From: Octopus sinensis
Taxonomy: Eukaryota
Assembly (NCBI RefSeq): GCF_006345805.1
Contig: NC_043005.1
Location: forward strand, 49,786,001-49,850,000
Direction of reading: 5' to 3'
Length of the DNA: 64,000 bases
Part shown: in pieces, positions 13,171 through 26,350 of the stretch
Position numbering within the stretch: position 1 is the stretch's first letter
Layout of the letters: each line of letters begins with the position of its first letter
Made by a program: the position numbers and the translations under genes
The notes under the pieces: model-generated
Told to the model about the DNA's origin: nothing
The model's input: only the letters and a program-made list of their open reading frames with translations
Databases searched by the model: none

Positions 13171-13513
13171 TGTGTGTGTGTGTGGGGGGGTGTATATATA
13201 TATACACACACACATGAAAGTGCCATGGCTCAGTGATTAGAGCATCGAGCATACAATCGTGAAATTGTAAGTTCGATTCCTGGACCGGGCTGCATTTCAT
13301 GTTCTTGAACAAGACACTTTATTTGATGTTGCTCCAGTACACTCACAATAGCATGGAGAGGGGAGGCTGGTATGCATGGACAACTGCTGGTCTTCCATAA
13401 AACCAACCCTAGGCTGTGCATCCATTGTTGGGGTGACTTTCTGTCCAGACTTGTATCCCAGAGGGGAACCTCTTAGGTGCACCCATGGTCATGTAACTGA
13501 CGGAGTTGAGAGA

Positions 13514-13544
<31 letters not shown>

Positions 13545-14191
13545 ATATATATATATATACAGAGAGAGAGAGAGACACACACACACATATATATGACGGT
13601 ATGTGTGTATGCTACACTACCATGGAAATGTAATCTGTATGACTGGAAACTGTGTGGAAGCTCATTATGTGTGTGTGTGTGCGCACATCTCCCCACACTA
13701 GAACTTTACAACCAGTATTGGTTTGTTTATATCCCCATAACCTAGCAGTTCAGCAAAGATACTGATAGAATAAGTATCAGATTTTAAAAAATGAGTACCG
13801 AGATAAATCTGAACTAAAATCTAATAACATGGTGCCCCAGCATGGCCAAAGTTCAATAACTGAAGCATAAGAAGAAAGCTATATATATTATATATAATAA
13901 ATATTGTACTATAACTGAAAAACTATGGCCGTGAATTCAAATACAATCCATTGAAACTGCTGATGATAATGATGCCCAAGGTGTTATGTTTTGGAAAAGA
14001 TGCCTCTTCCACTACATAACAAGGGAATACTACTATAAAGTAAACATCTTAAAAACAATATCTACACCTTTAAGAATATATTGAAAACAGCTTGTGAATC
14101 CTGTTTGTCATTAAAACTAAAACTATTGGCCACTATAAGACACTACCACACAGTATAATTCCCAGATAGCAACCACCCTGTATGTAGACTA

Positions 14192-14601
14192 TACTCTTTT
14201 ACTTGTTTCAGTCATTTGACTGCGGCCATGCTGGAGCACCGCCTTTAGTCGAGCAAATCGACCCCGGGACTTATTCTTTGTAAGCCTAGTACTTATTCTA
14301 TCGGTCTCTTTTTGCCGAACCGCTAAGTGACGGGGGCGTAAACACACCAGCATCGGTTGTCAAGCAATGCTAGGGGGACAAACACAGACACACAAACACA
14401 CACACGCAGATATATATATATATATATATACATATATACGACGGGCTTCTTTCAGTTTCCGTCTACCAAATCCACTCACAAGGCTTTGGTTGGCCCGAGG
14501 CTGTAGTAGAAGACACTTGCCCAAGGTGCCACGCAATGGGACTGAACCCGGAACCATGTGGTTGGTAAACAAGCTACTTACCACACAGCCACTCCTGCGC
14601 C
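14192..14601 (-). mobile_element. SINE family A (young)
   Basis: Near-identical to 47712-48129 in reverse, with CpGs retained. Confidence 0.9.
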
Positions 14602-15827
14602 CATGAACTTTTTCTTAATTGCTAAATTAATAAAGCTCTATGGATAAAAAAAACAACACATTTTATGAATTTCTTCCAGGCTGTAATCATTTTCCATCTA
14701 CACAAAGTTTCTCACATCATGATATGCTAATTAAAACATTTTTGATGATGTAATACAGGTGATTTCTAAACAGAATAAAACAGGGCTATACCTGATTACC
14801 ACAAACAAGAAATTTAAGAACATGGAATAAGCAAGCAAAAACACAAAATGTGAATTTTATGCATTATTCCCTTATAATAGCTTTATTTCAAATTCAAATC
14901 CTGCCCAAATGTTATGAAGAAATGAATATTTCCCTCGCAATAACTGTTCACCGGGGATCACTCACACACACACATTATAAATATATGTATATAATATATA
15001 TCATCATCATTTAACATGTTTTCCATGCTGGTATGAGATGATTCAGAGAACTACACCAAAGACCAATGTTTGTTTTGGTATGGTTTCTTAGAGCTGGATG
15101 GCTTTTCTAATGCCAACTACTCCACAGAGTGTAATGTTTGCTTTATATATGGCACAACCACTAGTGAGGTCACCAAGTAACTCCATAAGACAAGACCCTT
15201 CAACTAAGGGTTGGTAGTAATGAGGATGGCTTTATGCCAGGTGATGAGATGTTAAAATATGAGAGACAGAAACAGATGTTTTGTAGTAGCTGGAAAAAGT
15301 GAGAAGATGGTAAAAAGTTGTCAAGGCATACCCTTAAGGTGAATAAAAAGAAGTGATCCAGAGGACTGGACAGGGTGAGTGGGTATGTAAGATGAGGAGA
15401 GTGTGGAAGAAGAGTGGAAAATGGCAAGAGATGGGGATAGAGGTGAATGCAGTGAATGGTAAACATGAGTGGAGATGTGCTCAATGGTGACTATTAGTTG
15501 TAGGAGAGAAGTTGGAGGAAATAGAATTGAATCAGGAAAATGATAGGTAGCAAGACAGGTGATGTAATGTGAAATATGAGCATTGTGGGAGAGATGCACA
15601 TTGTCAGGGTACAGGGTAGATATAGTTGCAAATGAACATAAGTAGTGGGGACTGACGTTGTTAGAATGAAAGGGTGTATAGGAGAAGAGTAGTAATGGAA
15701 GGGGAATTGAGCAGAAAATTAGATGGCATGGGATGATACTGAGAATGTGAGAAAAAATTAAAAAAAGATGTTGTCAACATCTGTTATGGACTTTCTGGGT
15801 ACTAAACTTTCTGGCACACAAGTTGAC

Positions 15828-15993
15828 ACAGGTGCAGGCATGGCTGTGTAGTAAGAAGTTTGTTTCTCAAACTTATGGTTCTGGGTTCAGTCCTACTGTG
15901 TGACACTTTGGGCAAGTGTCTTCTCCTATAGTCTTGGACCAACTAAATCCTTGTAAGTGGATTTGGTAGACAGAAACTGAAAGAAGCCTGTTG

Positions 15994-16043
<50 letters not shown>

Positions 16044-16262
16044 TGTCTGTCTGTCTGTCAGTCAGTCCTCCCATTACCACTTGACAACCGATGTTGGTGT
16101 GTTTATGTCCCTGTAACTTAGTAGTCTGGCAAAAGAAACCAATAAAATAAGTACTAGGCTTAAAAAATAAGTCTTGTGCTCAATTTGTTCAACTAAAACC
16201 CTTCAAGGCAGTGCTCCAGCATGGCCACAGTCAAATGACTGAAACAAAAAAATAAAAGAAAA
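15828..16262 (+). mobile_element. SINE family A (older)
   Basis: Collinear with the family pattern and carries an internal (TG)n(TCTG)n. Confidence 0.8.
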
Positions 16263-16679
16263 GAACAGTACATAGTGTAAATATGTAGTGTAAACATTCA
16301 AACCACTGTCACTATCTTTCCAAATTTTGCTACATTTCACACAGAATTTTTGGTCCTCTAATGTCATGTTTGGTATATAATAGTAAGCCTAGCTATTTTG
16401 GTGGTAAATTTTGATCTAAAGGAAAACTCGATTTGTATGCTAGAAAATATGATAGTTACAATTTTTAAATTTCTTGTGGACTTTTCCAGCTAAATATTCC
16501 TGTACATCTACAACATAAGAAGTCTTATCTGTCAGCTTGCATGAAAAAATTTCTTTGCACTATTTGTAATCCCATAGCTTGCAATGAATAAACAGTATAG
16601 AATTCCTACATATTCCTTTACTGCAGGTCAAGCAGAATTATTCTCAGACAACTGTTTTCTTGTTTTCTTTTCCACTCAC

Positions 16680-16742
16680 TAATTAAAACTTTTATCTTTG
16701 CTAAGCTGACATTCAGGCATCTTAATTCTAGAACTTTTTCCT
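16680..16742 (-). CDS. Candidate internal exon of the left minus-strand gene
   Basis: Acceptor ttttgtttttttttgtaatgaattag, donor GTGAGT, 63 nt, phase 2 to phase 2. Reads GKSSRIKMPECQLSKDKSFN(Y) and is phase-compatible with 29358-29479. Confidence 0.35.
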
Positions 16743-16973
16743 CTAATTCATTACAAAAAAAACAAAACATAAAAAAAACTAATAAATAAATGGAAAATAC
16801 CAAGTGAATACAGTTTTGTGGAATGTACTAAATGATGATTCAATACATGTCAATAATACAGAGTAACAGATGTAAGGTTTTATTTTCAAAACAAAAAAAA
16901 ATCAAACAAGTATATAAAAAACAATTCTGTTGATTTTTTGTTGTGGATGGCTGAGAAACAGCAGCTGGGGTGT

Positions 16974-17014
<41 letters not shown>

Positions 17015-17015
<1 letters not shown>

Positions 17016-17407
17016 AAATGAAAAGTAAATGGAGATTTATGATTGATACATTTTAATTTATTAACATATTATATTATTATTATTATTATATAATATAATA
17101 CAAATATTATAATCCTACAATTGTTTCAATTCAGTCCCAATAATAAATTTATAAAAATTCATGTTTATAATAGGCAAGAATCTCATCAGGGAAATTTTTG
17201 ACAAAATATAAATCCTCATATGCAATTTTTGTCAAATATTTCCCTGGTGAGATTCTTACCTATAAACATGATTAAATTTATTATTGGGTCTGAATTGAAA
17301 CAATTGTTGTAGGATTATGATATATTTATATCATATAATAACAATAATATAATATTTTAATAAATAAAAATGTGTTAATCATAAATCTCCATGTTCTTTT
17401 CATTTTT
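17015..17407. repeat. About 390 bp AT-rich foldback palindrome
   Basis: Arms such as ggagatttatgatt/aatcataaatctcc, ttgtttcaattcag/ctgaattgaaacaa and gggaaatttttgacaaaa/ttttgtcaaatatttccc surround a short loop. Confidence 0.85.
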
Positions 17408-17784
17408 GCATATTGAATATATACCCATTTGGATTGTGGAAAGTTTATACCATTGGGTATAAAACTGCCAAACCACCTGCACTACCTGATGACCAAGACA
17501 GAACTGAGGAGTAAAGTTGAAATTAAACTCCCTTTGTTACAATGGCAAAGCAGATTGAAGCCCCCAATTTCAAATAAATAAATTATAGGCCATGAGGAGG
17601 ATAGCATTGTGACTGGAGATCTCAGTGGTAGAAATATCAGACAAATTTCCTTAAATGACACACTGGATCATGTCCTAGAGATACAATGCTTAAGAGAGTA
17701 ATGAAGTGGTCAGTCATAGCTGACGCAACCTTTGATCACAACTGACCTGGGGCTTAAAACAATTTTGTAAAAATAGGTTGACTT

Positions 17785-19430
17785 AAGGCATGGATGTGAG
17801 GTAAAAAGCTTGCTTCTCAAATACATGGTACTGGGTTCAGTCCTACTGCATGGCACCTTGGGCAAGTGTCTTCTACAGCATTGGGCCAACCAAACTCTTG
17901 AGAGTGGCTTTGGAAGACAGAAACTCAAAGAAGCCCGTTGTGTGTATATGTATGTGTGCGGATGGATGGATAGATAGATAGATATTGGGTTGGCAAGAAA
18001 GTAATTTCTTTTTTTTTTTTTTTAGTGTGAAATAAAAGTAATTTTTTTCATACAAAGAATGAACTTTAATCAATTATATATGTTCCATTTTGTTCAGTGA
18101 CCTTTTGCCATCTTTCTGGTAACTTCATGATTCTGCACTCATAGAACTTCTGATCCTTATCAGCCAAAAACTGAAGCAAGTGCAATTTCAGGCCATCATT
18201 ATTATTGAAAGTTTTACCATTCAAAGAATTTTGCAAACTTCGAAATAAACGGTAATTCAATGGTCCAAGCTCAGGGCTTGTGAATGTGACATCACTTCCC
18301 AACCAAGCTCCAATAAATTTTCAAGAGTTAGCAAAGACCTGTATGATCTAGTGTTGTCATGGTGGAACACAATTCCTTTATGATTTGCCAATTCTGGCCA
18401 TTTTTCTTTGACTGCTTCCTCCAGTTTCATTAGTTGACAGTAAGCATCTGAATTGATTGTTTGGTTCCTTGGAAGCTGCTCAAAATACACAACACCTTTG
18501 TAATCCCACCAAATTGACAACATGACCTTTAATTCAGCTTTCGATGTGGTTTGTGCTGGTTCATTATGCTTGGACCTTGATTGTTTTCAATTGATGTCAT
18601 TGTAGATAATCCATTTTTCATCACCAGTGATGATTTGTTTCACCCCCCTCCCCCCCAAAAAACCGTCGATTTTATTGCGTCTGAGATGCATATCACAAAT
18701 ATTGATTCGTTAAGTGAATCTCTTTTAATTTATGTAGAACACATATATCAAGCTTCTTAACAAGTCCCTTGCACAGTTATATGACAATCAGATTCAATTA
18801 TGACTGATTTGGTCATCATCAACTTCAGTAGGTCGACCAGAACGTTGGTCATCTTGGAGTGAAAAATCTCCAAAATGGAATTTTTAAAACCATTTCTGAC
18901 ATGTTCGTTCTGTTAAGCAATCAACACCATAAACTTCACATACCTCTTTGTGAGCCTCAGCAGCTTTCTTGTTTTTACGGAAATAAAAAAAGCAAAACAT
19001 GGCAAAAATGTTCGTTTTTGCTCTCCAGGTTAAAATTAACACTGACCTAACAGTTGTAAACAAAATTGCGCGCAATTTGCTTCTAAAGTAAGCTAAAAGT
19101 GAAAACTATCAAATGTCAAAAGGAAAAAAAAATCATAACATTGACAAAAGTCATACAAAATATCTTAACTATTTGCGAAAAACGAAATTACTTTCTTATC
19201 AACCAAATATGTGTGTGTGTGTGTATCCATGTGTTTGTCCCCTACTACCGCTTGACAGTTGATGCTGGGGTGTTTATGTCCCCGTAACTTAGCGGTTCGG
19301 CAAAACATTCCGATAGAATAAGTACCAGGCTTTTAAAAAAAAGTCCTGGGATCGATTTGTTTGGCTAAAACCCTTCAAGGAGGCGTCCCAGCATGGCCGC
19401 AGTCAAAAATGTCAAACAAATAAAAGATAT
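17785..19430 (+). mobile_element. SINE family A split by a mariner insertion
   Basis: 5' half at 17785-17982 and 3' half at 19210-19430 flank the mariner element. Confidence 0.75.
17985..19207 (-). mobile_element. Near-full-length degenerate mariner (Mos1-like, DD34D-type) transposon
   Basis: TA|TTGGGTTGGCAAGAAAGTAATTTC ... GAAATTACTTTCTTATCAACCAAA|TA. Minus-strand peptides include FYFRKNKKAAEAHKEVCEVYGVDCLTERTCQKWF, MLSIWWDYKGVVYFEQLP, FHHDN and FYECRIMKLPERWQKV. Multiple stops and frameshifts. Confidence 0.92.
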
Positions 19431-19445
19431 ATATATATATATATA

Positions 19446-19646
19446 TTTCTTTACTATCCACAAGGGGCTAAACACAGAGGGGACAAACAAGGATAGACAA
19501 ACGGATTAAGTCGATTACATCGACCAAGTGCGTAACTGGTACTTAATTTATCGACCCCGAAAGGATGAAAGGCAAAGTCGACCTCGGCGGAATTTGAACC
19601 CAGAACGTAACGGCATTTCGTCCGGCGTGTTAACGTTTCTGCCAAT
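19446..19646 (-). mobile_element. tRNA-derived SINE, family C
   Basis: B-box GGGTTCAAATTCC. Body matches 52183-52412 and 61473-61721. Confidence 0.8.
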
Positions 19647-19656
19647 ATATATATAA

Positions 19657-20032
19657 ACTAGCAGTATCGCCCGGCGTTGCTCAGGTTTGTAGGGGAAATA
19701 ACTATAAAGCATTTTTAGAGAGTTATAGCCAAAAAATGGAAAAAAAATTATGGTAAATTTTTTTTGAGAGTTAAAAAAGGTGGAGTTGCATCCCCTAGAC
19801 GGTCTGTGGTTTGGGTTTCTGATTCTCGACCCCATGTCGAATTTATCGATTTTTTTCAGAACTGGGGGAACTTTTCAAAATTTTCGCTGCGTTAGTTTTG
19901 AATTATGACATTGGGCTATGTGTGTGTCAAGTTTCATCAGAATCGGTTGAAAGCCGTGGTCAGAGTGAGGGTACGAGAAAACAGACACACAGAAACACAC
20001 ACAGACAAACTGCCGTTTATATAGAGAGAGAT
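19657..20032 (+). mobile_element. Non-autonomous Helitron/Helentron-like element
   Basis: 5' end ACTAGCAGTATCGCCCGGCGTTGCTC (subterminal hairpin), (CAGA/CACA)n near the 3' end and TATATAGA..GAT terminus. The 5' end is shared with 35828. Confidence 0.65.
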
Positions 20033-20889
20033 TAGTCGGTTCTCTGAGAGTCCTCAAATCCTTGATAGGCCTGGGTGGGCTAGACATTCAAAATTACTGT
20101 CTCACCTAGCAGATCCTCAAACTAGTAACATCAACAGATGTTCCAGCTCTGGACGAGATCTCACAGATAACAGTAATAAAAACAAAACAAGAATGGCAGC
20201 TACTGTTTCTACTAATCTACAACGTATTAAAGAGCCTCCATGTAACCACTTGAACAGTTAGAAATAACAGCCAAATTTCCTTGAAATCCAAATAGAAGTT
20301 TAAAGACTACATCACCACGTTAGATAATGTAGTGGTATTCTTTCGATGAGGATATTTTATCTATAATACAGGAGCCAATGAAGGAGCCTCTACAAAGTCA
20401 CTCGATTTGCTAGAAATAGTAGCCAATATTACGTCAATTCATTACTGTCTTTAAAAGGATGTTAAATAGTTGGCGAATAGAAAGATAAATAAAACAGGTT
20501 AATCACGATCGGAACGCCTTAGGTCAAGTTTACTAGTTCAGGACAAAAACTGGGGTTAAAATAAGCAAGGTGAAAGATTTCAAATTGAAGCACGGGTCAC
20601 CTGGTTTTTTTTTTATTGGGGGGTGGGCGGTAGTTGGTGTAAGGTTAAATAATTCATTAAACTAGTTAGTACTTTGACTGGTACGTATCTGATTAAAAAT
20701 GAAAGAACGAAAGACAAAAAGACAACCCAGGCAGGATTTGAACTAATAACATAATGCTTACGCGAGTGACTAGATGCCAATAAAGAGCGTTAAAAATTAA
20801 AAAAAAACTGGAAATTTACAACGAGTCAGTCACATGTAAAAGCAAACTTTGTAATTACACACACACACACACAAATAGGCGTGTGTGTA

Positions 20890-20926
<37 letters not shown>

Positions 20927-21553
20927 CACTAACATCGTGACTCAATGATAAGTACGCGAGGTCGGATTACGAAGTAGTCATGTGAGATGGTAAAACAATA
21001 AGCAAACAAACGATCAACAAAACCAAATAGCAAATAGTTTCAGTTGTTTTGTCCCACAGTCAGCTAACTCTGCCTGAGCAGAGTTAAAGGTGTGTGCCCG
21101 TAAGAAACAACATCACCATGTCGTTATAAAACAGGACGGGCACACACACACGGAATGAAACTCTTTAAAACAATATTCAACAATCGGTCATGTTTGTTTA
21201 TGTGTGATATATTTCGTCATATATTGGCATACACACGCACTTATTAAATAATATATACTACATCAACTCGAAATGAGGTTAATTATTATTGACATTAGGT
21301 TTGGATTAAGTGCCAATACACGAAACTCTCGGACCTTCAGTCACTCTGTTACTTCAGCTAAATATTAATTAAAAATATACATATACTCATATTTTGAGTT
21401 CTATTGTCTTGTTTGCACCAACATGCCTATATATATGTGTGTGTGTGTGTGTGCGTGAAAATTGAGAGGATGATCCGGTTCTTGACTGAAGATTGAAGGT
21501 TTCGAATGTCCCGTCCGTGCTTTTTGTATCGTCTTCTAAATGTTTTGCGTTCT

Positions 21554-21620
<67 letters not shown>

Positions 21621-21753
21621 TTTATTCACCATAAGGTTGAGAAAAAGAGGGGACGATACAGGACAGACAAAACAAACATTGGGGTCAGGGTATCGAATGA
21701 GAAGAAACATATGAGAGAGTTATAAACATTTAAACTCACTGGCATGCACATAC

Positions 21754-21804
<51 letters not shown>

Positions 21805-21901
21805 GTTTTCAAATAGCCAGATAACCGAAGAGATGTCGTGGATTCCCACTTCGGCATCAGAAACTCAGTTTTATCTTGACTATCGAGTAATGTAACATAT
21901 T

Positions 21902-21963
<62 letters not shown>

Positions 21964-21997
21964 ATCCAAACATGAAAACACAAAGAGAAAACACAAC

Positions 21998-22160
21998 AAC
22001 GCGAGGACGTGGAACAAATATAGTATTATTGGACGCCCAGGAGAGAAGGAAAGAAGGAGGGTTTAACGTTTCGAGCGGAGCTCTTCGTCGGAAACATAGG
22101 AGAAGGGAAGATCCAGAGAAGGGAAGACAGGAAAAAAAAGAGAGAAAACATTTTCTCAAA
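21998..22160 (-). mobile_element. Penelope-like LTR remnant with a mutated hammerhead core
   Basis: Homologous to 26349-26520. Minus strand GTTT CCGACGA A GAGC TCC GCTC GAA ACGT T AAAC at 22061-22095. Confidence 0.6.
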
Positions 22161-22576
22161 GCTACCCTGGTCTTATCTCCAGTCTACATCTTGCATGTGT
22201 ATATATAAGCATTATGACACAGCTCCACATGACAAAGTTGAGGACTCTCGTGAAAAACCCATCTCTCTAGATATCTGATGAGATGAGTCCGTCCCACTTG
22301 CCTACGAATCTCCAAAGTCATATGGAGGTGAGTCAAAATTGTTATTGAATAATAAATGCAACTCCTAACAAATGTGTAGAGTGTCATTTACTTTCGTTTG
22401 CTTACTCATTCGTGTCTGTGGTAAGAAGTCTAGTTCCCAAAATTGTTCCCTGTTCAATCCCATGCGTGACACCTTAGGAAAGTGTCTTTCTATTATAGCT
22501 TCGAGCCAACCAAACCCTTGTGAGTGGGTTTAATAGGCAGAAACTGAAAGAAGCTAATCGTGTGTGTGTGTGTATG

Positions 22577-22657
<81 letters not shown>

Positions 22658-22798
22658 ATGTGTGTGCGTGTCTTTGTGTCTGTATTTGTCTCTCGTTAGA
22701 CCAAACTTCTTCAATGGCTGCAGTCTAATAACTGAAAAGATAAGTTACGTACATATGTATGATGGCATTGTGAGCACAGAATTTGGTTATGCTGTAGA

Positions 22799-23041
22799 CT
22801 AGTTATTCTCAACGGCAGTCCGTATGACCCTTGGAGACCCTGTAAGATTTTAAGTTTATACGCAAATTGGCTATACTTCTACGACACACATTAATATCTT
22901 TTAAAATACAATTCCTGATAATATTTAATTATAACACAACAGGAGTTTTTTAAACATCGAATGGCTATCGGTGAGGTGGACCAGCAGAGTTAAATAGGAA
23001 CCACAAGGGCCCATAGGTAAAAAAATAGTTGAGAACCACTA
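22799..23041. mobile_element. hAT-type MITE
   Basis: Termini (C)TAGTTATTCTCAAC ... GTTGAGAACCACT resemble CAGTGGTTCTCAAC hAT TIRs. Confidence 0.55.
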
Positions 23042-24012
23042 CCGTAGACAATGCATAAACACCAGCCAACCACACATCCACCTACACACTCACTAATTCA
23101 CAAACAATAACGTGATCGTGTAGTTACCAGCAGTTTAACTAAATTCGGTCATAACAACGTCAACACCACCATTGTTGCCACCCAGGAGCCATCATTAGCA
23201 ACATAAACAGCGAGATGCTAATTACACCAATGGAAGTTTAAAAGAGCAATCATTACTGCACAGGACGTTGTGTGTATGAGAGAGACAGACAGACAGAGCA
23301 GTACCGACTAAAAAAGAAAAAATGCGTGACTCCGATCCAACGAGAAAGTCCCTTTGTGCTGTTCAGGTCTGCACTACAGTAATTTTTCGATGGCGTGCCA
23401 TTCAGAAATAAACCCCGCTAGCCGCAGTTTACTCGTAACTGCTCTGCGTGGTACTTATTCTACCAGTATATTTTGACAAACCGCCTAGTTACGGGGACGT
23501 AAACAAAGCAACACTGGCTGTGTGATGGAAAGGGGACAGATACGAAGACACATACACACACACATATATGACGGGCTTCCACAGTTTCCGTCGACTGAAT
23601 TCACTCACAAGGCATTAGTTGACCCAGAGCTACGGGAGATGACATTTGCACAAGGTAATGGTACAGCGACACTGATCCCACTGCGTGGTTGCTAAGCGAG
23701 TCTCTATACAGCTCAATTTTTATTTTACCTAAATCAGTTCTTACTTAGAGTCTAGATTAGGTATCTATGTGGACAATTGAGTGACATTATATAATTTGCT
23801 TAGAAGATACGGTAACCTCATAAAGGGATGGTGACACCCAATGACATACTGGTTCTATAACATGTGTTTTAGGGAAATGAAATTCCCTTAAATCAATAGG
23901 TATATATTGAGCATATCATTCATGTTCAGTTGACTGAAGGGGAGAAAACGGCTGTAAAGTTACCAATTTGTTAATAAATAATTAACTATCACTCTAGTTT
24001 ATTTCTTTCAAT

Positions 24013-24544
24013 TAACTGAACAGGCCATAATGATGGGACACATTTTAAATGATCTTGGATTATAAAAATAACAGAGTACCAAATACATTTATTACTTAAT
24101 TGATATACAGGGGTTCAACAAATCTAAGATTTTACTATTTTTTACAGGCAGTTGGTGTTGGTGACCCTCATAATGTCGTGGACTCTAAAAGCAAAAATTG
24201 CACATGTGGTCGAAGCTCACTTCACTAGCCAAAAATCCATCGTTGCAGGCCAAAGAAAATTCCGTCAGCATTTTGGAGAGCAATAGACGTCATCCCGAAA
24301 GGTGACCCAGTGAGACAGGCGATTGCAGCCACTGTAGTTGATATGCTAAGCCGCAGTGTTCTTAAATGAGAAAGCGAGCTGGTGAATGTTCTCTTCGTGA
24401 TGGTGACCATCTCCCGGATGTAATATTCAAATCTTAGATATGTCGAACTCCTGTATATCAGTTATGTAATAAATATATTTGGTACCCTACGTCATTTTTA
24501 TAATAGCATTTAAAATGTGTCCCATCATTATGGCCCGGGCTGTA
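24013..24544 (+). mobile_element. Internally deleted Tc1/mariner element with N-terminal HTH remnant
   Basis: About 80 bp TIRs (ggccataatgatgggacacattttaaatg / catttaaaatgtgtcccatcattatggcc). Plus-strand MSWTLKAKIAHVVEAHFTSQKSIVAGQRKFRQHFG resembles the DUF4817-type transposase HTH. Confidence 0.75.
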
Positions 24545-25723
24545 CACACATACACACGTTTATTGTGTGTTTGGAAATCTCGTAGATGAAAACAGGAAAT
24601 AATAGCTGTGTAAGCCCAAGGTGAGGTAAGCTTGATTGAGTGGACATGATTAGACAGGGTGTTTAAACCACGGTCATACCTTCTTTGTTGAAGGTATAAT
24701 ATATCAAGGACTAATAATATCCTGTCCCACTTAGCCGAATAATCCTTTTTGAATAGCAGACGCTACTACGACGTTCACGCAACACCTTTGCGCTTCTTCA
24801 AGAGTATTACCGCAAACTTGACGCAGTAATGAGACAGGAGTTAGAAAACTCCGAGTAAACTCGTGGTCTTTATTGTGGCAAGAGAGAGCTTGTTGCTTCG
24901 ATTAAAAAAAATAAACTAGTTTGAGTAGGAAGATTTAAAATAAGAAAAAGGGAAAAAGTTCGTCTGCTGTGAAGGGAGACGGCAGGATTTTATTTAATGT
25001 TTTGGCTCGTTCACAGACTCGATCGAATTTCTGCAGTTAATTGATTTTGCATCGGTCGGCCTCTTGACTGTTACAACGTAATTAGTGTTAAGTACTCGGT
25101 CGGAGGATCTCGACAGGAGCAGTCATTGCAGCATTTCACCCCTCTGCTTGGCCATAGCGCAATCTACTTAACGAGGGAGCTTCTATATCTATACGGTTGC
25201 ACAATATGTTAGAAGTACCAGCCAAATCGGCCTTGAGTTACACCCTACTGTTCTAAGAAAGGAAATTACATACTAGACATACTTTTAATGCTTTTGATCA
25301 AGATGATCTGGGGTTAAACAAAATCAGTAGCAGCAGGTGGTGTAGGACTGTAGCGAGAATACATGTCTAGATTGTTAACAAGCACACCAAATGCTGTTCT
25401 CGCTCCTACCTGCATGTCGCGAGACTGACAACACATCAAGTAAATAACAACATACCGGTGTCTCTCGACAAATAACACGAACATTTTTTTTACCTGCAGT
25501 AAGTAACATGTATAGTCGATTGCGGGATACCTTGCCGAACAAGTATATTACAGGTGTTTTATATATATATATACCCCTATATGTCAAGACTTCCTTTTAC
25601 ACTCCCACAAAAGCACCCCTTTATTTATTTTTTTTTTTCAGCAATTTTTTTTTAGAAATATGCGGAAAAATACGGAAGATTATGATTCTGAAAAAAATTC
25701 CCAAATTTTTTTGTAGTTACGGT

Positions 25724-25767
25724 AGGGTTAGGGTTTTAGGGTTACGGTTACGGTTTTAGGGTTAGGG
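25724..25767 (+). repeat. Degenerate TTAGGG/TTACGG telomere-like tract inside an interspersed element
   Basis: agggttagggttttagggttacggttacggttttagggttaggg. Similar tracts occur in the 62876-63648 foldback. Confidence 0.7.
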
Positions 25768-25944
25768 AAAAACGTGAAAAATGAATAAATTGGGGGAAGG
25801 GGGGGGGGCAAATTTCAAAATGCTGATTTTTAGCAATTTCCCGGAATCTCCATATCCGAAAACGGGGTTTTGAGCAAAAAAAAAAAAAAATTGGGAGAAA
25901 ATGGGGTAGGGTAGTCTTTCCCAATACCTTTGTTTTAGTCGAAA

Positions 25945-26170
25945 AAATTTAGATCTTTGCCATACCTTCGCAAAAAATTCAGAAGTGGTTGTTGGAAAAT
26001 TTCTACGACATTACAAACTCCAATTTCTGGATTCCTAATTCTCCCGATTATAATCTCTTGGATTACTACGTGTGAGAAAGACACCAACCGCTCTGCTAGC
26101 AACATCAAAGCCGAAGTGGTGGCTAAGATCAAGGCGGTCTTCGAAGATCCTCCCAGGGACACAACCATAA
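25945..26170 (+). pseudogene. Tc1/mariner (maT/DD37D-like) transposase C-terminal fragment
   Basis: IQKWLLENFYDITNSNFWIPNSPDYNLLDYYV* followed after a frameshift by EKDTNRSASNIKAEVVAKIKAVFED (SPDxNPLDY motif). Confidence 0.8.
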
Positions 26171-26285
26171 TCTAATTGATATTTGTTAATTTTTAAAAAA
26201 TAAGTTTATTTTGGGGATGGGATATTGCGTTTCTTTTTCTTTTGGCAAACAAATTTAGCCTGAACACCCTCTATGTATGTCTAAG

Positions 26286-26348
<63 letters not shown>

Positions 26349-26350
<2 letters not shown>

